Source: Eledone cirrhosa | Taxonomy: Eukaryota | Direction: 5' to 3' | Assembly: GCA_964016885.1 (NCBI GenBank) | Contig: CAXHJY010000746.1 | Coordinates: forward strand, 62,001-126,000 | DNA length: 64,000 nucleotides | In this document: positions 13,702 to 49,911 of the stretch, piece by piece | Layout: the number at the start of each line of letters is the position of its first letter | Position numbering within the stretch: position 1 is the first letter of the stretch | Translations under genes and position numbers: made by a program | Notes under the pieces: model-generated | Database searches by the model: none | Told to the model about the DNA's origin: nothing | What the model saw: only the letters and a program-made list of their open reading frames with translations

Positions 13702-14590
13702 TATATACACACACATATACACACATACACACACACATATATATACACACATATATACACACACATACACATATATACACACACATATATATACACACAT
13801 ACACACACATATACACACACACACACATATATATACACATATACACACACATACACATATATACACACATATATATACACACATACACACACATATACAC
13901 ACACACACACATATATATACACATATACACACACATACACACACATATATACACATACATACACATATATACACACACATACACACATATATACACACAT
14001 ATACACATATACACACACATATACACACACATATACATATATACACACATATACACATATATACACACACATACACATATATACACACATACACACACAT
14101 ATACACACACACATATACATATATACACACATACACACACATACACATATATACACACACATACACACATATACACATATATACACACATACACATATAT
14201 ACACACACACACATATATACACATATATATACACATATATACACATATATATACACACACATACACATATATATACACACATACACATATATACACACAC
14301 ATACACATATATACACACACACACATATACACATATATACACACACATACACATATATATACACACATATACACACACATACACATATATACACACATAC
14401 ACATACACATATATATACACACACACACACATATATATACACACATATACACACATACACACACATATACACACACACATATACACATATATACGAACAA
14501 CAATAATTTAAATGAGTTACAATAATTTTTATTAAAATAATAACAATTATAATAATGTTAGTAAGTAATAATAATAATAATAATAATAAT

Positions 14591-14690
14591 AATTGTTTCT
14601 ATTTTTGACACAAGGCCAGCAATTACCCCAGTGTATTACTGGTACTTTATTTTATCGACCCCGTAAGGATGAAGGGCAAAGTCGACCTAA
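14591..14690 (-). mobile_element. SINE family B fragment
   Basis: cacaaggccagcaattaccccagtgtattactggtactttattttatcgacccc is shared with many copies. Confidence 0.75.
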
Positions 14691-15806
14691 ATAATGAGTT
14701 GTAATGTGAATGAAAAATATAGAATTTGTATGTAAACATCTCTCTCTCACATCTGTCTCTCTCTCTCTCTCTCTCTCTCTTTAGTTAGCTCTCTCTCTCT
14801 CTCTGTCTCTCTTTAGTTAGCTCTCTCTCTCTCTCTGTCTCTCTTTAGTTAGCTCTCTCTCTCTGTCTCTCTTTAGTTAGCTCTCTCTCTCTCTCTATCT
14901 CTCTTTGTCTCTCTTTAGTTAGCTCTCTCTCTCTCTCTCTCTCTTTAGTTAGTTAGCTAGCTCTCTCTCTCTCTCTCTCTCTCTCTGTCACATCTGCGTC
15001 TCTCTTTATCCCTCTCTCTCTCTCTAGCATATCTCTTACTGTCTCTCTCTCTCTATCTCCCTCCCTTTAGCTGTCTCCCTCTCCCTCTCTCTCTTTCACT
15101 GGTTTTAGTCACCAGACTGTGGCCATGCTGGGGCACAGTCAGCACCTCGTTTCCTTCCGTTTCTATTTTGTAGCTGCTTGCTTTCTTTCTTTTTTTTTTC
15201 TTTGTAAATTTCATCATCATCATCATCATCATCATCTTAATCTCCAGTTCAAACGAGGGGGACGGGGGGGGGTGAAGGAAGGAAAAAGTCGTTTTCTGTG
15301 TTGTGTTGAGTTGTGTTATGTTCCGGGTTCTGGTTCCGTTCTGGAAATTTCCAGACAAACTGGATCTGAAAGTATGTTTAGGTGGGGAGGGAGGGGGGGG
15401 GGGGGGGGAAGGTGGAGCGGTGGGGGTTTACTGATGGAAGGAGGCAGCGTGTATGTGTATATGTATATATATATACATATATATATACATATACACATGT
15501 ATATACATATACACACATATATATATATACATACCTATAAATATATATACACACATATATATACACACACATATAGATATACATATACACATACATATAT
15601 ATATACACATATACATACACACATATATATACACATATACATACACACATATATATACACATATATATACACATATACATACACACATATATATACACAT
15701 ATATATACACATATACATACACACATATATATACACATATATATACACACATATATACACATATACATACACACATATATATATACACACATATATACAT
15801 ATACAC

Positions 15807-15840
<34 letters not shown>

Positions 15841-16033
15841 ACAAACAGAATCATTGGCCAGAGAATGTGGCCTCTGTCCAGACCTCTCACCCACCGAATC
15901 TCCTAACGAGGTGACCACCACCACAGGAACCCAGCCCTTAGACGGCAGGGAAGGTCCTGTGAGCTCCTGAGCTCCACCGTCACAGCTGGAGGGGGGGTTG
16001 AACCCCCGCACACTCTCACACCCTACAGGGACC

Positions 16034-36816
<20,783 letters not shown>

Positions 36817-36923
36817 TGGTACTGCTGGAATTTCACACTGAAATTAAACACAACACAATTTCAAATCCTGCCAGGGACTATATACAATATACATACATAG
36901 TGTGTATATATATATATATATAT

Positions 36924-37100
36924 ATCATCATTTTACGTCCGCTTTTCCCTGCTTGCAAGGGTTGGACAGGTCCTTCGTCATCTCCTCCGTGAGAGCAGAC
37001 CTCAGATCGCTGAAACTCACGGAGGAGATGACGAAGGACCTGTCCAACCCTTGCAAGCAGGGAAAAGCGGACGTAAAATGATGATGATGATGATGATGAT
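36924..37100. repeat. Inverted repeat of the SINE/LINE tail, arms of about 70 bp, 22-nt spacer
   Basis: 36924-36993 is the reverse complement of 37016-37085. Confidence 0.95.
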
Positions 37101-37124
37101 GTGTGTATAAATATATTTACATAC

Positions 37125-37165
<41 letters not shown>

Positions 37166-37679
37166 TCCCAAGACTTGCACATCCCACAATTAATAATTAG
37201 TAGTAACAATAAATCCGCAATTTCAACAGAAAATAGCCCATATAGGTGTAAAAATAGATTATATATATATATACATGTGTATATATATGTATATATATGT
37301 GTATGTATGTGTATATATTTGTATATATATATATATATATATATATTTGTATATATATATATATATGTGTGTATATATATATGTGTGTATATATATATGT
37401 GTGTATATATATATGTGTGTATATATATATGTGTATATATATATATATGTGTGTATATATATATGTGTGTATATATATATGTGTGTATATATATATGTGT
37501 GTATATATATATATGTGTGTATATATATGTGTGTATATATATATGTGTGTATATATATGTGTGTATATATATATGTGTGTATATATATATATGTGTATAT
37601 ATAAGTGTGTATATGTAAGTGTATATATATAAGTGTATATAAATATATATATGTGTATATATATATGTGTATATGTATG

Positions 37680-37712
<33 letters not shown>

Positions 37713-37819
37713 ATATATATATATGTATGTATATAGATATATATGTATGTATATATATCTATGTATGTATGTATATATATATATATATATGTATGTATAT
37801 ATATATATATATATGTATG

Positions 37820-37858
<39 letters not shown>

Positions 37859-38333
37859 GTATGTATGTATATATATATATATATGTATATATATATGTAT
37901 ATATATATATATATATACACAGATATATTTACACATGTATATATAATTATAAGTGTTAAGAACAAACAGACAAATTTTAGTTAACTTTTCCTCGTAGTCC
38001 AGAGAAATTAATTAAACATTAATCAATTAATCTGAACTAAATACAAATTATGTGAAGAAAAAATAGACAAATGTATACCAAATTGTTCTTCGTAGACCCG
38101 ACTGCTGCAGTTTTGCTTGTAGCATGTGCAATGCCGTTGATATTGCACCTCAAGTATGACATTACAAGCTTGTCAAAGTCATCTCGAATATCAAGTTTGA
38201 AGCGCGAGTGTATTAGAATTTGTAGAATCTCTATATTATATATACTAGCAGAAAAACCACCCTATCGGGTGGCTGTCTGCTAGCCTATGTAGTGTGTATA
38301 TTGATATTATACACAAGTATATATGTGACAGTG

Positions 38334-38450
38334 AAGGCGTGTGGCTGAGTGGTTAGAGAATTGGATTCACAATCTTGAGGTTGTGAGTTCGATTCGTGGA
38401 CCGGGCGATGCGTTATGTCCTTGAGCAAGACACTTTATTTCACGTTGTTC
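38334..38450 (+). mobile_element. Diverged SINE family A head
   Basis: tggctgagtggttagag...gagttcgattc...ccttgagcaagacactttatttcac. Confidence 0.8.
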
Positions 38451-38680
38451 CTTCTACCTGGAGTTGCGACCGATAGATAGTATTAGCAACTGGAAAGACC
38501 GACGGAAACATTGTTTCCTCGGTCCGATTTGACGAAAGTCGATCGACTAAAAAAAAAAAAAAAAAAATATATGTGACAATATACACAGAAATTGAACGAA
38601 GACTGTGTTACACTGTCTTATGTAATCAGTAACGTAATCCCTTGACGGAGATATATGACTGGTTATTGACGCGATCGCTA

Positions 38681-38690
38681 ACCGGAAGTG
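38681..38690. promoter_or_regulatory. Perfect ETS/GABPA-type motif ACCGGAAGTG in a locally CpG-enriched patch; candidate SLC38A10 promoter element
   Basis: The motif is seen directly, about 1.9 kb upstream of the first coding exon; a promoter role is inference. Confidence 0.4.
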
Positions 38691-39176
38691 TTGACATTTC
38701 AACATTTTAAAGAAGTGAATCTTAAAATAAGCGACAAAATTATTTATATTTAATCAAGAATAATGAAATTTAGTAGATAAATTATGTAATATTCATTCAT
38801 TATTTATTCAAAGTAATCCAACTTATTTTACAAACGGGATAAAAAAATATATTCTGGACGCAGTCCCATACTCCACCCTTTATTACAGTTTAGATATTTC
38901 TATTATATTGTGTTTCCGTAGGAAAGGAGAGTGCTCTATGTAAGCTACAGAAAAAGCTCTGTAGCTTACATAGAGCACTCTTCTTTCCTACGGAAACGCT
39001 TAATATAAAAAGCTCCCACCGGGAATGATCGAAGCATATTCTAAATTTTATTTGTGATTGGCATCATCCAGCCCGATAGGTTGAGCACTCTAGTTATAGG
39101 CACGTAACTAATATACACTATGATTACATAACTATATATATATTTCTGTGATTCTGTCACAACACGTAAAGGGAGA

Positions 39177-40767
39177 GTAGTAGTTTAACTACCTCATGCT
39201 ACTCCCCTCTCTTTACACCCGCTGCCTGCGTACAACACATAAACAGAGAGTAGTTTAACTACCTCATGCTACTCCCCTCTCTTTACACCTGCTGCCTGCG
39301 TACAACACATAAACAGAGAGTAGTTTAACTACCTCATGCTACTCCCCTCTCTTTACACCCGCTGCCTGCGTACAACACATAAACAGAGAGTAGTTTAACT
39401 ACCTCATGCTACTCCCCTCTCTTTACACCTGCTGCCTGCGTACAACACATAAACAGAGAGTAGTTTAACTACCTCATGCTACTCCCCTCTCTTTACACCC
39501 GCTGCCTGCGTACAACACATAAACAGAGAGTAGTTTAACTACCTCATGCTACTCCTCTCTCTTTACACCTGCTGCCTGCGTACAACACATAAACAGAGAG
39601 TAGTTTAACTACCTCATGCTACTCCTCTCTCTTTACACCCGCTGCCTGCGTACAACACATAAACAGAGAGTAGTTTAACTACCTCATGCTACTCCCCTCT
39701 CTTTACACCTGCTGCCTGCGTACAACACATAAACAGAGAGTAGTTTAACTACCTCATGCTACTCCTCTCTCTTTACACCCGCTGCCTGCGTACAACACAT
39801 AAACAGAGAGTAGTTTAACTACCTCATGCTACTCCCCTCTCTTTACACCCGCTGCCTGCGTACAACACATAAACAGAGAGTAGTTTAACTACCTCATGCT
39901 ACTCCTCTCTCTTTACACCCGCTGCCTGCGTACAACACATAAACAGAGAGTAGTTTAACTACCTCATGCTACTCCTCTCTCTTTACACCTGCTGCCTGCG
40001 TACAACACATAAACAGAGAGTAGTTTAACTACCTCATGCTACTCCCCTCTCTTTACACCCGCTGCCTGCGTACAACACATAAACAGAGAGTAGTTTAACT
40101 ACCTCATGCTACTCCTCTCTCTTTACACCTGCTGCCTGCGTACAACACATAAACAGAGAGTAGTTTAACTACCTCATGCTACTCCTCTCTCTTTACACCC
40201 GCTGCCTGCGTACAACACATAAACAGAGAGTAGTTTAACTACCTCATGCTACTCCTCTCTCTTTACACCCGCTGCCTGCGTACAACACATAAACAGAGAG
40301 TAGTTTAACTACCTCATGCTACTCCTCTCTCTTTACACCCGCTGCCTGCGTACAACACATAAACAGAGAGTAGTTTAACTACCTCATGCTACTCCTCTCT
40401 CTTTACATCTGCTGCCTGCGTACAACACATAAACAGAGAGTAGTTTAACTACCTCATGCTACTCCTCTCTCTTTACACCCGCTGCCTGCGTACAACACAT
40501 AAACAGAGAGTAGTTTAACTACCTCATGCTACTCCCCTCTCTTTACACCCGCTGCCTGCGTACAACACATAAACAGAGAGTAGTTTAACTACCTCATGCT
40601 ACTCCTCTCTCTTTACACCCGCTGCCTGCGTACAACACATAAACAGAGAGTAGTTTAACTACCTCATGCTACTCCTCTCTCTTTACACCTGCTGCCTGCG
40701 TACAACACATAAACAGAGAGTAGTTTAACTACCTCATGCTACTCCTCTCTCTTTACATCTGCTGCCT
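39177..40767. repeat. 60-bp minisatellite, about 26 copies
   Basis: Unit tagtttaactacctcatgctactcc(c/t)ctctctttacacc(c/t)gctgcctgcgtacaacacataaacagagag. Confidence 0.95.
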
Positions 40768-41961
40768 TGTGGATTGTCTCTCTGTTGACCACTGGTCACT
40801 CGTCTCTCTCCTCTCACGCATTTTTTCCCATCACTGTCTTTCACAGCATTTAGCTGTTTTAAAAGCCCGTTCTAGCGATGAGTTTTCTCATTATTCTAAG
40901 TACTCCAATACACTCTCGCTTCAACTCGATCAGAGATAACAGTAAATACATAACAAACATTTTATTATTTAAAACAGATCGCAACCTTTTCCCCGCTCGT
41001 GTGAGTGAGTTTGTAACCAAAGACGCTGCCTCTTGTGGTTTCCAAATAGTTTTGAAAATAATCAAGAATTTGAAAGGATTTAGTAAAATATAACTAAATT
41101 TCACATTATTAAGTTGGTGTTTGGAACATAACTTAACAAAGGTTCTTACATAAAATTATGATGGAAAATTTTTAAATAAATAAAAAACACTTTATATTTC
41201 ATTACAATATTTCTAATGAAAGACTGTTGGTGTTTGGAGGAACATAACTTAACAAAGGTTCTTACATAAAATTATGATAGAAGGTTTTTAGATAACAACT
41301 ATAAACACTTTAACCCTTTCATTACCATATTTCTAATGGAACATAACTTAAAGGTTCTTATATAAAATTATGATGGAAAATTTTTAAATAAATAAAAAAA
41401 CACTTTATATTTCATTACAATATTTCTAATGAAAGACACTGTTGGTGTTTGGAGGAACATAACTTAACAAAGGTTCTTATATAAAATTATGATGGAAGGT
41501 TTTTAGATAACAACTATAAACACTTTAACCCTTTCATTACCATATTTCTAATGGAACATAACTTAAAGGTTCTTATATAAAATTATAATTGAAGGTTTTT
41601 AGATAGCTTTAACCCTTTCGTTGCTGTATTTTAAGGAAAAAAAAAAAAATGAAAGAATTTCTATATGATTAAGCTGGGGTTTGGAACATAACTTAACAAA
41701 GATTCAAGGCTAAGATTTAAACGGATATTTGAAAACCATCGGAGGCAGCACCCAGCAGGTTTGTGTTAGATTTTAAATATTTTATAAGGAAATTTCTAAA
41801 AATATAAAAAAGTACCAGTCAGGGAAATTTATTTAATTTTTTCCTAACAACAACAACAATAATAATAATAAAGGATGATGAGGTCAGCAGGTACAGAGAT
41901 ACTATGACTCCTTTTTCTATCTTTTAAGAGGCTTTTGCATATATATATAATATATATATAT

Positions 41962-42054
<93 letters not shown>

Positions 42055-42057
<3 letters not shown>

Positions 42058-42220
42058 TTATGTAATAAACGACATAAGACAATTATTCCATTTACCAAAG
42101 GTTTCACGAAGACAGACAAGCTTGAGACAGACGTCTGAAATCATTCGTCTCAAGCTCGTCTGTCTTCGTGAAACCTTTGGTAAATGAAATAATTGTCTTA
42201 TGTTGTTTATTACATAACTA
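42055..42220. repeat. Fold-back/MITE-like palindrome, arms of about 73 bp, 18-nt loop
   Basis: tagttatgtaataaac...aagcttgagac / gtctcaagct...gtttattacataacta. Confidence 0.9.
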
Positions 42221-42277
42221 AATAGCTCTGTACCCTACATAGAGCACTCTCTTTTCCTTTACCTTTCCTACGGAAAC

Positions 42278-42315
<38 letters not shown>

Positions 42316-43230
42316 AAAGTTCTATTTAAAATTGTTGGGATACAACAAGTAAATATTTTTATAACTGATATAAAGCACTCGACAAATTTTTGGAGTAGAT
42401 ATACGATATTAATAAATGGAAACTATATTTATAAAACCATATTTATTTCATTATACATATTTCAGGGATACCATATATATATATATATATTTTGAGTATG
42501 TGTTGGTTGTTTACCAACACCTCAGTATGCAGGTTGGACCACTCGACGAAGTACGCAGGTTGGTTTGTTTACTCCGGAGTAATGTAAAATAATGTGCAAG
42601 TCAAAGATGTTAAAGCTGACTTCGTTTATTCTAATTCTCTGCTATATATATTTCAGTGACAACCATTATTGGCTGTGACCCCCACCAGGCAGCCTTTCTC
42701 TAGGTATCTGGAAGATATAAGGTTCAATTTCTCTTAAGGGGTCAATGGCAGCTTCTTTCACCAACTTTTAAGGGCTTAACCCTATTTTACAAGCTATCAT
42801 AGCATCTCTACCCTAAAGATAAACCCATCATCCTTTATAATTATATAAATATATGGGCCCTCGAAAGAAAATGTAAAGGGATTTGAATATCTTGTTTGGT
42901 TTCAGGTGTGGAAAAACTTGTTTAAAAGTTACCCTGCCGTTGGTGTCTAGACTGGAATCAACCTCTGACATAGATGTGGCAGTTTTCTCCCTCACTCTAC
43001 AGGAAATCAAATATATACACACATATATATACATATATATATATATATTATAAATGTAAGCTATAGCCGTATTTTGACTAAAGAAATTAAAGGAATTATT
43101 TAGCCTGATAGTGGGGTGGGGTTAAGAACCCTCGGAGAAATGGAAAAAGATGAGTATTGACGTAAAAGATGGCATTAGCTTACATTTATAATAATTTCAA
43201 ACCCGCTCGCCAATTTGAAAATATTACTTG

Positions 43231-43270
<40 letters not shown>

Positions 43271-43394
43271 ATGTATATCTATATATATGTATGTACATAT
43301 AAATATGTGTGTGTATGTATATACAAATATGTGTATGTATGTATATACAAATATGTGTATGTATGTATATACAAATATGTGTATGTATATATAA

Positions 43395-43435
<41 letters not shown>

Positions 43436-43858
43436 TATATGTATATATATATATATAAATATATATGTATATCTATGTATATAAATGTATGTATATATAG
43501 ATATATATACATATTCATATATATATATATATATAGACATACATACACATATTTGTATATACATACATACACACATTTATATATACATACATATACACAT
43601 TTATATATACATACATATACACCTCTATATATACATACATGTATATTCATATATATACATACATACATATATATACATATATATTTATATATATACACAC
43701 ACACATATGTGTGTGTGTTTATATAATATATGAGCTGAAAATCCGCAAAGATAAATATTTAAATGAAACAAAAATACAACTGAATATCTTCCTCATCAGC
43801 AAGTTTCCTGGCTGGCAATTTTGTGCTTTAAAGTGGTTTTTCATTTGTGTGTGCGCAT

Positions 43859-43894
<36 letters not shown>

Positions 43895-44293
43895 GTTTAA
43901 CGTCCATCTTCCACGCTTGCATGGGTTTGGACGGGAGTTTTCCCACTTGAGGTAAGATTGGTTGACTTGCTCGTATAGGACTGTCTGGCGGGTTTTCTAC
44001 AGCTGGATGCCCTTCCTAACACCAACCACGTTTACAGTGTATATATATATATATATATATATCAATCATCATCATCATCATAATATACATATATTATATA
44101 TATGTATATTATATATATATGTAGACCCACACATATACATAAATATATATATATATATATATACACACAAATATATATACATAAATAGACACAAACACAC
44201 ACAGACACAAGAGAATCACACACACATATATATATATATATATACACACAAATATATATACATAAATAGACACAAACACACACAACAGAGAAT

Positions 44294-44334
<41 letters not shown>

Positions 44335-44440
44335 GTACTAGCTGTTGAAATGGTAAAAGCTCAGCCATTGGGGTCCCAACTCTTTATAATGTATATATAT
44401 ATATACAAACACATGTATATATATATATATATACAAACAC

Positions 44441-44497
<57 letters not shown>

Positions 44498-44562
44498 ATA
44501 TATTTATCCTTATCGAGCCCTCTCTGGAATTTAGTCTTCAAATTTATTATTATTACTATTAG

Positions 44563-44706
44563 CATAGAGTTACGTCCCTTTACGATCTGAGTTCAAATCC
44601 CGCCGAGGTTAACTTTGCATTTCATCCTTAGGGGGTCGATAAAATAAAGTACCAGTAATACACTGGGGTAATTGCTGGCCTTGTGCCAAAAATAGAAACA
44701 ATTATT
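44563..44706 (+). mobile_element. SINE family B (tRNA-like B box GAGTTCAAATCCC); other copies at 650-712, 34914-35056, 45741-45880, 51878-52080 and 53853-54003
   Basis: Shared body gcctttcatcct..ggggtcgataaaataaagtaccagtaatacactggggtaattgctggccttgtgccaaaa and an (ATT)n tail. Confidence 0.8.
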
Positions 44707-44730
44707 ATTAATATTATTACTATATATATC

Positions 44731-44781
<51 letters not shown>

Positions 44782-44974
44782 ATATATATATGTATATATA
44801 TATATATGTGTGTAGATATATATGTATATATATCTATGTATATATATATATATGTGTGTATATATATGTATGTATATATATATATAAGTAGAAGTGGTAT
44901 TTAATTTGTTGGAAGTCCGACAAATATAAATGTTTATAACTGATTTAGAGCACTCAACAGTTTGTATGTATATT

Positions 44975-45023
<49 letters not shown>

Positions 45024-45301
45024 CGAGAAAGAGGAAATGAGTTATACATATACATACAGAGAGGGAGAGGGGGGACTAAGACAATCCATTCGAGACCATC
45101 ACTTCACAAAACAACAACACTTCGTATAACAGGAAGTAAAAACAGATGTATATATATATACACACATTCATAATTATATTTACCTGGATCGATAGATGTA
45201 AATATATATATATATATATATATAATATGTGTGTGTGTGTATGGGTATATATACACACACGCACACAAGTATATATATATAGAGAGAGAGAGACACGTGT
45301 G

Positions 45302-45337
<36 letters not shown>

Positions 45338-45423
45338 ATTGGACGTGTATATATATATATATATATATATACACAAGTATATATAAATATGTAGGCACGT
45401 GTATGTATGTATACACAAGTATT

Positions 45424-45454
<31 letters not shown>

Positions 45455-45928
45455 GTATATATATATATATATATACACACACGTGTATATATAAATATAT
45501 ATATATATATGCGGGTGTATATAACAGGGTGTGTAGACGATCGCTGCTGTTGTTTATTTAAACGTCAGACGTCTACAAAGACAACAACAACATGTGTACT
45601 ACGTCACAACACTGGCCAGGTCGCTTACAACATTTAACAATAACAACCAGCAGAGGCCCTTCACGAACATGAAAAAATAATACTATTAATTAGAGATAAT
45701 ATTGGTTTAATTAGGGACATTGTTTTAATTAATTAATAATAATTGCTTCTACTTTAGGAACAAGGCCAGCAATTTTTGGTGAGACGGGAAAATCGATTAA
45801 ATCAACTCAGTGTATTACTGGTACTTTATTTTATCGACCTTTCTGTAATGATGAGAGCTAAGCTCGGTGGGATTTGAACTGTGTATATATATATATATAT
45901 ATGTATGTATATATATACAGTATATGTA

Positions 45929-45971
<43 letters not shown>

Positions 45972-46039
45972 TGCATATATATATATATGTATATATATAA
46001 TGCATATATATATATATATATATATATACATACAGTATA

Positions 46040-46079
<40 letters not shown>

Positions 46080-46083
46080 TATA

Positions 46084-46119
<36 letters not shown>

Positions 46120-46331
46120 TATATATATATAGATTGATATAGTTATACACATATATATATATACACACATATATATATATATATACACACACATATATAT
46201 ATACACACACACACATATATATATATACACACACACACATATATATATATATACACACACACATATATATACACACACACATATATATATATACACACAC
46301 ACACACATATATATATATATACACACACACA

Positions 46332-46367
<36 letters not shown>

Positions 46368-46408
46368 CACACACACATACATATATACACACACACACAT
46401 ATATATAT

Positions 46409-46439
<31 letters not shown>

Positions 46440-46450
46440 CACACACACAC

Positions 46451-46531
<81 letters not shown>

Positions 46532-46572
46532 CACACACATATATATATACACACACATATATATATATATAT

Positions 46573-46615
<43 letters not shown>

Positions 46616-46684
46616 TATATATATATACACACACACACATATATATATATACACACACACACATATATATATACACACACACAC

Positions 46685-46791
<107 letters not shown>

Positions 46792-47083
46792 TACAGATAC
46801 ATACAACTCAAGCTAACGTTTAACTTGGCTGCCATTTCTAGCAAGACAGGTTACCACAACAAAGCTCTCTGCGCCTGTACGACAGTCAGGCATACAGACA
46901 GATAGATAAAGGGGCCAGCCTCAGGAGCACCCGGCGTTGCCCGGGAATGAAAATAAAACATGGTTCGATAGAAATTTTGTTATTGCAAATTCCATTTATT
47001 CTTCAATCGATCTACATGACACACACACACACACACACAGACACTCACATAATAATATATATATATATATATATATACATACA

Positions 47084-47449
47084 CAGTGTTGCCCCGGCAT
47101 TCGCGGTACCGGTTATTCGCGGAATTTTCCTCACTAGCCCAACTAATAATTGTTACGTGAAAAACCACCGCATATTCGCGGAATCGTAAATATCTTCCGC
47201 GATTTTTTAATGGCTTTTCTTTTCGTGGCAATAAATATTTCATTAACACTAAATTATTAATAACAATATACCGTGTTGCCGGCCTATTGGACGCTCCTTC
47301 GCATAAGACTCCCCCCTTTTTTTTTTTAAATTCTATTTTACGTTATATTTTGACGTTTTGGACTTTTGGACCATGTTCAATATTTGCAGTTTTTCAACCT
47401 TCGCGGATGTTCTTGCAACGTAAACCCCGCGAATACCGGGGGACAACTA
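47084..47449. mobile_element. pogo/Tigger (MER2)-like MITE
   Basis: Imperfect TIRs cagtgttgccccggcattcgcgg ... ccgcgaataccgggggacaacta within TA runs. Confidence 0.65.
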
Positions 47450-47493
47450 TATATATATATGTATGTATATAGATATATACACATATATGTATG

Positions 47494-47527
<34 letters not shown>

Positions 47528-47661
47528 AACGTACGCATAAATATATATACACAGACAAACATACGTTTAAATATATATCTATACATATATACACACACAC
47601 ACAAAAATATATATATACATAAAAACACAAATATATTTACACACAGGTATATATACACACA

Positions 47662-47715
<54 letters not shown>

Positions 47716-47769
47716 TATATATATATATATATTTCGTTTCTGAATTTGTTTGACCCTCCCAAAGTATAA

Positions 47770-47820
<51 letters not shown>

Positions 47821-47986
47821 ATATACATCATTACAATATATATACTCACCAGCAGTAGAGAAGAAGAGATTAATTTGACAAGTTTTCCCGGCTATCTACA
47901 TACATGACAACGTGGCATGCTTGTGTTATAAATAAACCGGTTAGACTGATTATATACAGGAGGACTGGGGTGTATATACATACATA

Positions 47987-48034
<48 letters not shown>

Positions 48035-48091
48035 TACATATATATAACCCCCCCCCCCCCCACCCTCCATATATGTATAACATATATGTGT

Positions 48092-48123
<32 letters not shown>

Positions 48124-48295
48124 TCCCTAATTATTATTATATACATACACACACACACACATATATATATACACAAACATATAATATATGCATATATATA
48201 ACCCCCCACCCTACACATATGGAAGGGGGGGGGGTTATATATTTATATATATATACATATATATATGTATATGTATATATATATATGTATATATG

Positions 48296-48326
<31 letters not shown>

Positions 48327-48405
48327 GTATATATATGTATGTATATATATATATATATATATGTATGTATATATATATATGTATGTATATATATATATAT
48401 GTATA

Positions 48406-48468
<63 letters not shown>

Positions 48469-48773
48469 GTAATAAAAAGATAATTATTTCATTTACCAAA
48501 GGTTTCACAAAGACAGACAAGCCTTTGGTAAATGAATAAATTATCTTATGTTGTTTATTACATAACTAAAAAGCTCTGTAGCCCACATAGAGCACTCTCT
48601 TTTCCTTTACCTTTCCTATGGAAACACTTCATATATATATGTATAGAGAGAGAGAGAGAGAGAGACGGTCTTTCCGGTCTAATTCACCCACTTTTAATTG
48701 CTAGAAATCGTGGTTCTGTCTGAGATCACATCTCAATTTGTATTACAAAGGAAGGACAAAGTTTATGTCTGGA

Positions 48774-48807
<34 letters not shown>

Positions 48808-48898
48808 TTATATTTGTGTGTATATATATATATATATGTGTATATATGTTTGTGTGTGTATATATATGTGTCTGTGTATCTGTGTATATATATATGTG

Positions 48899-48930
<32 letters not shown>

Positions 48931-48932
48931 CA

Positions 48933-49020
<88 letters not shown>

Positions 49021-49880
49021 GTACATGGCTTAGTGGTTAGAGCATTAGCCTTGCAATCGAAAGGTTGTGAGTTCAATTCTCTGTATATCTCTCTCTGGTG
49101 GGTTACCTTTTCAACATATTATATATAAATATATATAGAGAGATATATGTGTGTATATAATATATTTATATATATGTGCATGTATGTATGTATGTATGTA
49201 ATGTATGTATGTAATATGTATGTATGTATGTAATATGTAATGTATGTATGTAATATGTATGTATGTATGTAATATGTCAGGTCACCAGTTGGTGCTACTG
49301 GTAACATGTATCCCAGTACAACCTGTCTCATGGTTGGGTCGTTGGCGACTAAACTGGCAACCCCACCAAGGTTTCTTGGTGAGGAGGGTGACTTTGGACA
49401 TCATGCAGGACTAAAAACAAAACCTGTCAAAGGGCAAAGGAGCTCTTAAGAGTCAATGGCCATCCAAAATCACCGGGAGAGATGACCCCTTAGCCTTTGT
49501 CAAGGCAGAATTCTAGGAGAAGGAAAACTCTGATATAACACCTGCAACCCTGATGGTATCCAATGATGTTGACTTGTTCTTCTTTTTGGTAAATATCATC
49601 TTGGTTAAGAGAGTGGGACTGGCTTTGTGCAGTGCCTTTGCTCACTATAAAAGCTTCACGGCACAGGCATTGCTTTATATCTGGAGATCTCTCTGCACTT
49701 GTAGTCACATGGTACCATGGGCCCAGCACTATGTGTCAATAATTGTCACAAGTGTAGTGTTTGTACCAGAGTTTTCAAGTCACTGGCTGGACTAAAAAGT
49801 CACACTCGTTCACCCCATCGGTAGGGGTTCTCCTACATGGATATAAAGTAGTGGCCGTACTCGAAAACGAGTTGGCACCA

Positions 49881-49911
<31 letters not shown>

